Below are positions 27,051-40,089 of a stretch of DNA of 64,000 nt, piece by piece. The notes below the pieces were generated by a model, which saw nothing but the letters and a program-made list of their open reading frames with translations, was not told the origin of the DNA and did no database searches. A program made the position numbers and the translations under genes. How positions within the stretch are numbered: position 1 is the stretch's first letter; every line of letters begins with the position of its first letter. The DNA is from Octopus vulgaris (taxonomy: Eukaryota): contig OX597817.1 in assembly GCA_951406725.2 (NCBI GenBank), forward strand, positions 163,122,001-163,186,000, read 5' to 3'.

Positions 27051-27455
27051 GGCTCAGGAGTGGCTGTGTGGTAAGTAGCTTGCTTACCAACCACATGGTT
27101 CCGGGTTCATTCTCACTGCGTTGCACCTTGGGCAAGTGTCTTCTACTATAGCCTCGAGCCGACCAAAGCCTTGTGAGTAAATTTGGTAGACGGAAACTGA
27201 AAGAAGCCCGTCGTATATATGTATGTATATATATGTATGTGTATGTATATGTTTGTGTATATGTGTTTGTCCCCCCCACCAACATCGCTTGACAACTGAT
27301 GCTGGTGTGTTTACGTCCCCGTAACATAGCGGTTCGGCAAAAGAGACCGATAGAACAAGTACTAGGCTTCCAAAGAATAAGTCCTGGGGTCGATTTGCTC
27401 AACTAAAGACGGTGCTCCAGCATGGCCGCAGTCAAATGAGTGAAACAAGTAAAAT
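27051..27455 (+). mobile_element. SINE family A, full length
   Basis: Complete match. Confidence 0.9.
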
Positions 27456-27885
27456 AAAAAAAATATATATGTAGTATATACGCGCGCGCACACACACACA
27501 CACACACAGACACACACATATATATATATATACGCACACACACACACATTTAGAATAATAAAAAAATTGAGAAACGGATAACTCAGCGGAGTTTATTGGA
27601 AAACATGAGCAAACAAGTAAAATTTTATTAGAAATATCAGAACACTCCCACGTGGGCTCCAGTGGCTGCATGCTACACATTGATGGATCTCAACTTTAAT
27701 AGGTACGATAATTAGTGGAAGTCGTACGGATAATTTACGAACACCATGTGTGCGTATGTGTATTTGTGTGTGTATGTGTGTGTCTGTGTGTGAGACTTAT
27801 TTTCGAATGCGTTCGAAAATAAATTATCATCTTATTTGTATCTAAGTACACATTTCGGCTTTTATAAAAGAAATAAATGTTAGTT

Positions 27886-28686
<801 letters not shown>

Positions 28687-29045
28687 ATGAAATGCAAGAT
28701 TTTCTGCAGTATTCATCCGGAGGTAATATATGTTATGGGTGTAATATTTTGAATTGAAAAACATGTTTTAGTAGCAACCTAAGCATGTCTAGTAGCGGCG
28801 CTATACTAGATGCACAGTTCTTCTTTGATGTATCTACATTAAGTATGATACTCAGATGGCTATTTTAACCTAATACTGCTTCCGTTGCCCACATATGCAA
28901 ATACACACACAAACATACGCATATATATACATACCTATATATGTTTGTGCGAGTGTTTATGCATGTATGCAAAAGTGTTTAAGCGTTCAAATATTTATGT
29001 TTCACTTTATAGGAAAAAGAAATAAGGCTTTCCTTTATATCAGAA

Positions 29046-29316
29046 CTAGCAGTATCGCCCGGCCTTGCTCGGGTTTGTTTCGACCCTTTAGAATTGGAAT
29101 TTTTGGAAAGTAAAAATTGTGCATTATGTAGCTTGTTATTCTCTTTAAGTGATCATTTTTCTGGTTGAAATACACTGAAAAATGGTCACACAGCAGTCAA
29201 AAAATCGTAAAAAAGCACCTTTTGATGTAAATAATTTTTGGTGTTAACATGGTCCGATTTGAAAAGGCTACCAAACCTGCCATACACAGACAATTTCAGC
29301 TTCATATATATAGAGA
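29046..29316 (-). mobile_element. Non-autonomous Helitron
   Basis: Minus strand starts TCTCTATATATA and ends with hairpin CCCGAGCAAGGCCGGG then CTAG, between A and T. Same 3' end as 43924-44301. Confidence 0.8.
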
Positions 29317-29676
29317 TTTATGAAATGGCGCAATTGCCAAGGTTCTTGTTTTGAATCCTTCAAACTGAACTTCCCATCCTATAAAATTTGCATCGAAACT
29401 GTTGCCAACACAAGAGAATGTCTCCGCTGAATTTTCCTAATCTAATTATCTATCAATCTGGTAAAATAATTATGAAAGAATGGAATGGTATGATACGAAT
29501 GTAATATTGAATGACTGTTTTCGTAGATAAACCTCGGCAAAAATAAGGTGAAAACATAGAAGAAAAAACAACAACAACAATAATAAAACACGTGTAGACT
29601 AACGTATTCACTCCGTTTTTATATCTTGAAGGGCACTATTTTTTCATATAACATACACTTAGTGTAAATGTAACAT

Positions 29677-30002
29677 GTGTGTGTTGTGTGTGTGTGTGTG
29701 TGTGTGTGTTTTTGCGTGTGTATATATATATCGTTACAGTTTCCATTCATCTTGTTTAATGTTATTTTATCTTTAATGTTTTCCAACGAAAATATATTTT
29801 ATAGACATTTTTGTTCTTGCTGCAGCTTTGAATCTCAACGATAGAGAAAGAGTATGTCGGTACACATCTTTAGGCGTTGAAATATGACCACGATATGCAA
29901 TAAACAGGAAAACACTGAAAATAAGATTAGTTTCTTTATTTCAACTTTATCTTTCCATTAGAAAACACAACTCTCGTGTCTTACAGCCTTCACCGAACCG
30001 TG

Positions 30003-30067
<65 letters not shown>

Positions 30068-30372
30068 GCGTGCGTGTGTATATATATATATCGTTACAGT
30101 TTCCATTCATCTTGTTTAATGTTATTTTATCTTTAATGTTTTCCAACGAAAATATATTTTATAGACATTTTTGTTCTTGCTGCAGCTTCTGGCATGATTA
30201 GAAGCTACGTGCTTACAGCATATACATTGGCGTTACACATCTTTAGGCGTTGAAATATGACCACGATATGCAATAAACAGGAAAACACTGAAAATAAGAT
30301 TAGTTTCTTTATTTCAGCTTTATCTTTCCATTAGAAAACACAACTCTCGTGTCTTACAGCCTTCACCGAACC
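29677..30372. repeat. Tandem duplication (~360 bp) with different internal segments
   Basis: Two near-identical copies, each starting at (GT)n, with unrelated 32-nt (29829-29860) and 45-nt (30189-30233) inserts. Confidence 0.85.
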
Positions 30373-30509
30373 ATTAGGTCAGAAAATGAAGGTTTCATGG
30401 TCTTGTTATTTATTAACCTATTGGAACTCTTCCATTTCCAGGGATCAAAACACAGCACGAGCTCTCTATTTACTTTCATGACTCTTACCCCATTTTTATT
30501 ATTACAGCA

Positions 30510-31140
30510 AGACGGCGAACTGACAGGATTGTTTGAGAGTCGGAAAAAAATGCTCTGCGGTATTTCCTCAGAAATAGCTGGCAGAATCGTTAGCACGCCG
30601 GGCGAAATGCATAGCGGTATTTCGTCTGCCGCTACGTTCTGAGTTCAAATTCCTCCGAGGTCGACTTTGCCTTTCATCCTTTCAGGGTCGATTAAATAAG
30701 TACCGGTTACGCACTGGGGTTGATATAATCGACTTAATCCGTTTGTTTGTCCTTGTTTGTCCTATTTGTGTTTAGCCCCTTGTGGGTAGTAAAGAAATAG
30801 GTATTTCCTCTGCCGTTACGTTCTAAGGTCAAAATCCGCTGAGGTCGACTTTGCCTTTCATCCTTTCGGGGTCGATAAATTAAGTACCAGTTATGCACTG
30901 GGGTCGATATAATCGACTAAATCCGTTTGTCTGTCTTTGTTTGTCCTCTCTGTGTTTAGCCCCTTGTGGGTAGTAAAGAAATAGGTATTTCTTCAGTTGT
31001 GAGTTCAAATTCCGTCTAGGCCGACTTTGCATTTCATCCTTTCGTGATCGATAGTATAAGTACCAGTAAAGTACTGTGATCGATGTATTCGATTTGCAGT
31101 CTCCCCTAAAATGTGCTGGCCGTCAGCTAAAATTAGAAAG
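30510..31140 (+). mobile_element. SINE family B dimer nested in an older family B copy
   Basis: The old head ends GGTATTTCCTCAG and the old body resumes after GGTATTTCTTCAG at about 30984. Confidence 0.85.
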
Positions 31141-31241
31141 AATTATTTGATAGAGGTTACTAAATAATGGACGGAACTGTATGATCTAAAACAAGACACA
31201 AATATTTTCCCTTTTTTTAAAAATTCTAATCCCAACATTCG

Positions 31242-31495
31242 TGTGGAGGCGCGTCGCTTAGTGGTTAGGGTGTCAGCATCATGATCGTAAGATTGTGGTT
31301 TCGATTCCTGGACCGGGCGACGCGTTGTGTTCTTGAGCAAAACACTTCATTCCACGTTGCTCCAGTCCACTCAGCTGGCAAAAACGAGTAACGCTGCGAT
31401 GGACTGGCGTCCCGTCCAGCTGGGGAACACATAAGCCAAAGAAACCGGGAAACCGGGCCCATGAGTCTGGCTAGGCTTTAAAAGGGCGCATTTAT
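31242..31495 (+). mobile_element. SINE family D, full length
   Basis: tRNA-like head, CORE-like GTTCTTGAGCAAAACACTT, CTGCGATGGACTGGCGTCCCGTCCAG domain and short TTA tail. Confidence 0.85.
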
Positions 31496-31857
31496 TATTA
31501 GTTTTAATCCCAACATACATGGCTTTGTCGTTTAGGAATTAATTTCACAACCGCTTGGTACGGGTCTTCTGCTACAGTTACAAGGCGAACAATACTCTGT
31601 AAGTGTAATTTAGTAAAACTTAGGGGTCTCACCGCCGGTGTTTATAATAGTCAATACCATATTCCCGCCGGTTGTAAGAGGTCATTAACATGGTTGGTCT
31701 CAGGAAGAGCACCAGGCCGTAAAGAATAGCCTCAGAAAGTCCCGTCCATTCCCTGCCCGCACGGAAAAGTGCACACAGAAACGATGACATAAGTACATAG
31801 ATGTTTATTTTAATATTAATAATAGTTGTACTTTCTGCTGTATTTTGCGTGTATATT

Positions 31858-32042
31858 CGAGTGGATTTGGTAGATGAAAACTGAAAGAAGTCCGTCGTAT
31901 ATATATATATATATATGTTTGTGTGTCTGTGTTTGTCCCCCACCATCACTTGACACACCGATGTTGGTGTGTTTACGTCCCCGTAACTTAGCGGTTCGGC
32001 AAAAGAGACCGATAGAATAAGTACTAGGCTTACAAAGAATAA
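31858..32042 (+). mobile_element. SINE family A, internal fragment
   Basis: Match to the family A body. Confidence 0.8.
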
Positions 32043-32100
32043 TCAAACTGTTTTAAATAATGATGATGATAACAACAACAACAACAACAATAATAATAAA

Positions 32101-32742
32101 GGGAAATTGAAGACCTCACATTCAGTGGTGTTGGATGTTGACACAGTCATTAAAGAACTCGAGCAGGAACAAACTTACAAATACCTCGGAATAAATGAGG
32201 GCTCTGGCATTCAGCATGCAAGTATGAAGAGAAGATCAGGAAGAAGTGTTACAGGAAAGTTCGAGCAGTCCTAAAATCCGAGTTAACTGCACGTAACAAG
32301 GTGTTAGTTATAAATTCCTTAGCAGTTCCAGTTGTTATTTACAGTTTCAATGCGTTGAACAGGAATACGAGCTGAATAAGGAAGATTGACAGGAGAATCC
32401 GTAAGCTGCTGACTTGCAGACGCAGATTGTCTTTATCTACCCCGAGCTCAAGGAGGTCACAGCTTGATCCAATTTGAAATCTACAAAACCACCACACTTG
32501 GAGTGGTAAAATATCTTGATACATCTAACGATTGGGTGCGTAAACTCGTTGAAAACCATGAAAGACGGAAGATTCATTCTGTTATGATGGAGAGCAACAA
32601 ATTTTCAAGTGAGTTTATGCATAATAACCAGGTTGAACATCATGGTGGAAGTGCAGCAACTGTAGTTGCAAAGGTGAAATCAATAGCAAAGCAAAATGCA
32701 TTTGAACAATTGGCTGATAGGTGGGAACTAAAATTGACTTGA
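32101..32742 (+). mobile_element. R4/Dong-clade non-LTR retrotransposon RT fragment (frameshifted)
   Basis: Translates GKLK...IKELEQEQTYKYLGINEGSGIQHASMK / EKIRKKCYRKVRAVLKSELTARNKVLVINSLAVPVVIYSF ... KIDRRIRKLLT ... LYLPRAQGG; begins right after (CAA)n(TAA)n. Confidence 0.8.
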
Positions 32743-32914
32743 TAATTCCGGGTCAATAAGCTCTGATCTTGGGCAGCCAAGATAAAGCCTTCACCCTCTG
32801 CCTTTAGCCCTGACCTCCGTAGCCACTGATGGGTGTGCTTCTGGTCTGCATCAGCTTGTTTGCTATGGGCTACATATTTGCCATGCAGAGGTTTCTGTTG
32901 GTGGTTTCGTTCAA

Positions 32915-33005
32915 TAAACCCTTACAACGCCAGGTCTGGGAATCGAAACCGCGATCCTACGACCGCGAGTCCGCTGCCCTAACCACTGGGCCATTGCTCC
33001 TCCAC
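32915..33005 (-). mobile_element. SINE family C head
   Basis: Reverse complement of the family C tRNA-like head. Confidence 0.8.
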
Positions 33006-33193
33006 ATATGTAGGTATATATATGCAGGTATGTGCGTGTAGGTATATATATGTAGGTATATATATGCAGGTATGTGCGTGTGCGTATGGCGACGGATGTA
33101 TTTTTAGACAACGGGTTATTTTTTCAAACAAGTTGCTGGAAAAAAAAAATCTGCGTTCAAATTCATCCTTGTGTGTGTGCGTATGTGTGTGTG

Positions 33194-33252
<59 letters not shown>

Positions 33253-33647
33253 CTATAATAAAACTTCATATTTCTTCATTAACATTTTATGTTTTTAAAT
33301 ATATTTATTTTTCACACAAAACGGAATATATGACAAAATGAAAGAGAAATATTTGTGCAGTAGGCAAGATCGATATCAGGTGTCCTTTTTAACGTATCGA
33401 TATAATTATAATAATTATACTACAGTTTCAAAATTCGAATATGTGCTGATGAAGAAGGTGTGCATAAGACTGGTATACTGTGTCAACTATAAATAGATTA
33501 GAGGTCGTTACACAGATGCCTCAATGACGGGACGTGAGTTGGAGTCACACGTAATTATCACATTTCATCAGTGTTTCTGAATAAACTTAACTTAAAGATG
33601 TAAACAGAGTGTTTGCTGTTTTGTCTGCTTATCTTTTGTCTGTCTGT

Positions 33648-33950
33648 AGGTAGTAAGTTCGATTCCTGGACCGGGCTGTGCATTGTGTTCTTGAGCAAGA
33701 CATTTTATTTTACGTTGATTCTCTTCACTCAGCTGTAGAAATGAGTTGCGACGTCACTGGTGCCAAGCTCTTATCGGCCTTTGCTTTTCCCTTGGGTAAC
33801 ATCAGTGTCGTGGAAAGGGGAGGCCGGTATGCATGGGCGATTCCTGGGCTTCTATAAACAACCTTGCCGGGCTTGTGGAGGGGAACTGTCCTCGGAGGCG
33901 AACTTTCCTCGGAGGGCAACTTTCCCATTGTCATTCATGACCGAAGGGGT
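33648..33950 (+). mobile_element. SINE family D-related copy with a different 3' part
   Basis: GTTCGATTCCTGGACCGGG...GTGTTCTTGAGCAAGAC shared with 31242; 3' end related to the reverse complement of ~3870-3900. Confidence 0.7.
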
Positions 33951-33986
33951 TTTTATATATATGTACAAACACATATACACATATAC

Positions 33987-34028
<42 letters not shown>

Positions 34029-34047
34029 TAAACATATATGTATATAA

Positions 34048-34105
<58 letters not shown>

Positions 34106-34647
34106 ATATATATCTATTTACCTACACATACACATAATATATATATATATGCTCAATACTGTAGTGTAAGTATTACATGAGCTTTTTAGAGGGCTGATGA
34201 GGGCTGAAATATTTCCTGGCTCACTATGGAGAAATTCTAGTCTTTATGATGCAGTTTTAGAGAAATTACCTAAGTATGAATATGGCGGGGTTGGGGGAGG
34301 ACTAACATGAGAGATCATCACAGATTATGAAGCCTAGAAGTTGTAGCGACTTATTCATAAGTAGATTGTGAAGCCCAAGACAGCATCCTTGCTATTCATA
34401 GACTCCCGATTTATTTGTAGATTGGATAGGGGAATAGCAGTAACTTGCTGCTTATTAACTCCTTCAGATCCAGAGATAAAATTAATCCCCATTTTCTATC
34501 GCAGGGCATCGTTAAAGGAGGGTTGACACGATAATATCTTCATAACTTGGTCCATTGTTGAGACTCAACAGCTCACACCAATAAATCTAAAAGATTTTCC
34601 TTAGTGAGAAATTTCAATCAGAATTTCATTCTGATTGAACTTTGCAA

Positions 34648-35216
34648 CATATCAAATGAGCTGTGACTTTTCAATGCGGAGAAGTACTGGCTGGTTCTGG
34701 AGAAATATCCTGATCCCCGAGCAATGTACCTTGTCGAGTAACGTTACTTCAGCGATCCTTCAGAGAAATCCCTTTTCGGCCACCTGTATTCGCCAACGTA
34801 CTCTTTCGGTCGTTACCCAAAATTCACGAACCTAAGTGAGGGTAGGCACCGAATTCAAGATAACAGGTTTGGATTTTTTACCGAGCTCTCCTCTTCTGAG
34901 GATTGAATGCTGAAAGTGGTACATTACTGGAACTGGTGGATTACTGTGCCAGCACCTGCAAATCTAACATCCGATCCTGCCTCCTGTTTCCCATCACTCG
35001 TAGACATGACCCGAAGATCCTTAAACTTCTCCACATGTTACCGTAATGTTCCACTTACTGGAAAGATTTTCATGAGAGGACTAACATCTCAGTCTTCGCA
35101 AGACTAATTCTCATCCCTGCCTTGCAGCAATCGGCAGGGAAGAACACATTCAGTGCATGTTGGAAATTATCTTTCTGATGAGCCAAGAAGTACCATGTCG
35201 TCTGCAAATATCAACC
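34648..35216 (-). mobile_element. RTE-clade LINE RT fragment (inverted 5' part)
   Basis: Minus-strand LIFADDMVLLGSSE ... AGMRISLAKTEMLVL ... VEKFKDL ... PTLT*VREFWVTTERVRWRIQVAEKGFL ... LLRIEKSQL, typical of RTE/Rex3/Expander. Confidence 0.85.
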
Positions 35217-35220
35217 AAAA

Positions 35221-35459
35221 ATGTGATTAAAATATAGCAGTAAAGAATCGCAAGACGTATTCCTCGAGTCGGACCAACCGGCAGGAGACCTCGAGGTTGA
35301 CTGAGAACATAGGGGACAGACGGATAGTTGATAATACCCACAGTCTTAGTTGGTCATGTTTGGAAATCCAACCGGAAGATTTAATATGATTGCTTCTCAT
35401 AGGACCCTATGGCGGAGATGCTTGAGGCCAATAGTGGGCGGAGGAGAAGGATGGATGGG
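35221..35459 (+). mobile_element. RTE-clade LINE 3' end
   Basis: VIKI*Q*RIARRIPRVGPTGRRPRG*LRT, ending in a short GGATGGATGG tail. Confidence 0.75.
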
Positions 35460-36417
35460 AATATCAAATGATGTATAGAAAGCATGATGTGTATAAAATG
35501 TAGACACAAGAAGAAATATCTCTTAACACGCCTCCAATTGCTGAAGGAATACGAACAGAAATCTCGCAACAGCTGAGCAGCAGCTAATATAGACACAGGC
35601 GTGAATCTGCCACCACGCAGTGTCCAACTGCCACAAAAGTATGCTATCGCAGCACGAACAATATAAAATTTGGTATACCGAAATATATTTATATGTTTAA
35701 AATACACACAGAGTCTTACTGTTGAGAAGCTGTGGATTATTTCTCAAGTTTAACTCCACAGCAGGAAAAATATTTTAAACATTTAGCCATACCTCGATAC
35801 ACAAATTAACACAACCACATGTACATATGTCCATGCATTCATACATACTTTTTAGAATAAACATATTTTAAATAGGAATCTAGCAGCGGTAATTATAGAG
35901 AAAATATCGGCGTGTGGGGTGATAGTTTAGAGAGTAAGGAGAAAAAAGACAGATGGAAGGTATGTTGATTGGTTGTTAACAACTGATCGCCATAGAAGGA
36001 ATTTGTTTTCTAGCAAAGCCACAAATATGCTTCAATATGTTTTATTTACGGCGAACTTTTATTTATATGGCCTTTAGTAGGTTAAATGTACTACCAGGTG
36101 GGAATGTAAGGAACGTAGTAGAGAAGATGTGCGAAGTAAAATGAGAAGAAAAAAAAAGAAAAAAGAAAATGTCGGGGAGAGAATTCTGAAATAGCAGTTG
36201 AAAGTCGTTAGTCCAGATATGAATAACATATTTGTCTCCTCATTACGAGATGGAAAAAGTTGACAAATACGTTTGCCAGAGATCCATGCAATTAAATATT
36301 CTCATTGAGACAGAGTTCAACTTGGCTACTACACCAAATTGTAACTGATATTCGATGAGACAATTGCAATAGCCAAGAGTAATTGATAAATACAGCACTC
36401 TCCCTTTTGTTTCTTTC

Positions 36418-36476
<59 letters not shown>

Positions 36477-36547
36477 ATTACGATGAACGTAAACAAACAA
36501 ACGAAGTTTGCTATAGATGTCTTAGAAAGTAAAAGAAGTGATTTTAA

Positions 36548-36682
36548 ATTCTCAGAGGTAGGATAATGCTAATAATATAGCCTGAACAGGATAAGCTACC
36601 CCTGGCCACCAACACTTTTTTCTGCAAACTAAGGGTAGCTTATCCTGTTCAGGCTATATTTTTAGCATTATCCTGCGTTTGA

Positions 36683-36686
<4 letters not shown>
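36548..36686. repeat. Inverted repeat (arms about 55 bp) abutting (TA)n
   Basis: AGGATAATGCTAATAATATAGCCTGAACAGGATAAGCTACCC and its reverse complement, with a ~30-nt spacer. Confidence 0.8.
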
Positions 36687-36731
<45 letters not shown>

Positions 36732-36994
36732 CCGTCGAAGGCGACGTATGGGCGCTCAGCTCTTGCCGAACGACCTGCACATTAACTCATTCTTTCCATC
36801 ATATCGACGTTGTCTGAATAAGTGCACAGTGTGCCACGTATCAGGTGTCGAAATGATCGCATAGCAACGCGAGATGAAATGCTTTGCTCATGAACACAAC
36901 GTACTACCTGGTCTAGGAATTGAAATCACGATCGCTAGATAGTGAGTGCAACACCCTAAATACTGTGCCCTTATATATATACACACACACACAC

Positions 36995-37206
36995 ATTGGT
37001 TTCAAATTTTGGCACAAGACCATAGGTTTTTGAGGGGAAGTCGATAACATCGGTTCCAATACTTGAATGGTACTTATTTTATCGACCTCGAAAGGATAAA
37101 AGACATAGCTGGCCTCGGCGGATTATGAGTTGGTAACACTAAGACGGACAAAATGCCACGAAGCATTTTGTCCGGCGTGCTAACAGTTCTGCCAGTTCGT
37201 CGTCTT

Positions 37207-37293
<87 letters not shown>

Positions 37294-37533
37294 CCTTTCT
37301 ATTATAGGCATAAAGCCTGAAATTTGTGAGGAGGGTGTAAGTGGATCACATCGACTCCAGTACACAACTGGTACTTAATTTATCGACCCCGAAATGATGG
37401 AAAGCAATGTTGACCTCGATGGAATTTGAACTCAAAACGTAAAGTGGGGGCGAAATGCCGCTAAGAATTTCGTCCGGCGTGCTAACGATTCTGCCTGCTC
37501 GTCGCCTTCAATAATAATAATAATAATAATAAC

Positions 37534-37575
<42 letters not shown>

Positions 37576-37660
37576 CCTCTCTACTGGAAGCACAAGCCCT
37601 CAAATTTGGGGGAAAGGATTAAGTCGATTACATCGACCCTAACTGGTGTTAATCTTATCG
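36995..37660 (-). mobile_element. Three SINE family B copies separated by (TAA)n
   Basis: Reverse-complement matches at about 36995-37205, 37293-37508 and 37575-37660. Confidence 0.8.
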
Positions 37661-37691
37661 ACGTAAAGACGTAAATTCAAAAGGGTGATGT

Positions 37692-37763
<72 letters not shown>

Positions 37764-38147
37764 GATATATTGGTGAATGCAGGACTCGAGATCAGATCAG
37801 CCGTCATTGAAGAGCAGAACCCACTGCAGTCGTTAGCCGTTGTAAAACAGGCATAGCAAGGAGACAGACAGCTCGTCTGTAGGTCAGAGGCGAGGCTTGT
37901 TTCAGATGGTGATAATCATGCTATATAATGTATTATTAATGTATTATTTGTTTTGTATTCAATTTATGCATTCATTCATAACTACGTATTACTCTTGTGG
38001 TTCTGTGTATTCACACACAACAGAGATGCAACGAATATTGGACTCATACATTCATACGTATACATTACAGCTTTTATTTATAGTCACACGAAGACAGCTT
38101 TACTCATATGTTCTCACTTCAAGACAGTGACACCGATATATCGAGAC

Positions 38148-38203
<56 letters not shown>

Positions 38204-38301
38204 AATATATATATGTATATATATACATATATATGTATATATATATGTATGTATATATTTATATGTATATATATGTATATGTATATATATATGTATGTAT
38301 A

Positions 38302-38339
<38 letters not shown>

Positions 38340-38383
38340 TGTACATGTGTACATGTATATTTATATGTATGTATGTATGTATG

Positions 38384-38424
<41 letters not shown>

Positions 38425-38588
38425 TAAATATCTTTAACATATTCTTTAGTTATTTGGATATTTTCCAACTGGTATCTCTCTAACCTTTCCTTGAATAACT
38501 CTGCTTGCTTACGACACGTATCTGAGTGAGAGCATTCATATATGTATCTATATATATATTTATATATACACATACACACACACATACA

Positions 38589-38621
<33 letters not shown>

Positions 38622-39649
38622 TACATACACACATATGCGCACACACACACATACATTAATATACACTCACAGACACACACATATGAATGTACACACTTTC
38701 TCTCTCTCACCACACACGCACGTATGTATTTTTATATATGAAACCAAAGATATAAATATTTACTGAATAAAGAACTCAATACGTAGAGGTTTATATATTT
38801 GTCGTTTTAAAAGACGTTAGTGACTTCGAAGCTTCGTCAAATATATAGCCCGTTTAAATATGACTGAAGAATAGTTATTCGTGTATGAACAATAAATAAC
38901 TGTATTAAGTCTTAAAAATAAAAGTATTGTTAAGGTGAATAGACGCCATTTTAAAATCTTTATTTATAAAATTTGGTTTAATTAATATTTTAACTAAAAG
39001 TAGCTGTACAATTTATATACATAACAGTGAATTATGCAAGTATTGCTGGATATAATTAATCTATTTGTAATGCTATACAAAAATGAACTTACGTTAATTG
39101 TGAGTAAATTGAGAAAAATTTAATCGCGGATGGCTAATAATTTAAGAAAAGAATTACACACGCGCGCGCGCACATATATATGGGTGTGAATTGAAAGAGT
39201 GACACTTCGAAAGAGTGACATAGAAAAAGAGTGGCAAATCTTTACAAAGAATAAGTCCTAGGGTCGATTTGCTCGACTAAAGGTGGTGCTTCAGCATGGC
39301 CGCAGTGAAATGACCGAAATAAGTGAAAGAGAGTAATAGATCAGCCAATTTGAGAACATATAGAGGAAATTATGCGCTTTCAATTATATTTGCAGATTTT
39401 AAAGGGTTGTAAATCTTTGGCATTGCTTGAAATAAAGTGTTAGGTATACAGACGTATAAAGAGATAAGCATTTATCATGTACACGTTATTCTTTCTGATA
39501 TCCTAAATAATTTGAAACAAAAATCTAAGACCGTATCAAGTGACGGTGTTCCGTCACAATCGGAACCAAAAACCACCAGAAGAGAAAAGGAAGAAATCAA
39601 ACGAAAGGAGAGAAAGGCTCGACAAAATTAACCTCATCCTCCACAAATA

Positions 39650-40001
39650 TTTATTTATTTTTTTACTGCCCACAAGGGGCTAAACATAGAGGGGACAAAC
39701 AAGGACAGAAAGGATGAAAGGCAAAGTCGACCTCGGCGGAATTTGAACTCAGAACGTAACGGCAGACGAAATACCTATTTCTTTATTACCCACAAGGGGC
39801 TAAAAATAGAGGGGACAAACAAGGACAGACAGAGAGGGATTAAGTCGATTACATCGACCCCAGTGCGAAACTGGTACTTTATTTATCGACCCCGTAAGGA
39901 TGAAAGGCAAAGTCGACCTCGGTGGAATTTGAAGTCTGAACGTAACGGCAGACGAAATACCGCTAAGCATCTCGCCCGGCGCGCTAACGTTTCTGCCAGC
40001 T
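39650..40001 (-). mobile_element. SINE family B dimer
   Basis: Head plus two body units with the GAAATAGGTATTTC junction; CACAAATATT on both sides. Confidence 0.85.
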
Positions 40002-40089
40002 CACAAATATTACTATGCTGTCAATGCCATCCACTCTTCTATGCAAGAATTGGTCTACAGTGTCATCAGCAGCTTTACCATAAAGGAGG

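Noticed and set aside
33445-33480. Other CTGATGA occurrences (33446, 35175, 44009, 54940)
   Set aside because: No properly placed helix II, GAAA and closing helix I; two lie inside RTE or Helitron sequence.
34190-34222. CTGATGAGGGCTGAAATATTTCC as a hammerhead
   Set aside because: No room for helix II; it resembles the mariner-type TIR at 25580 more closely.
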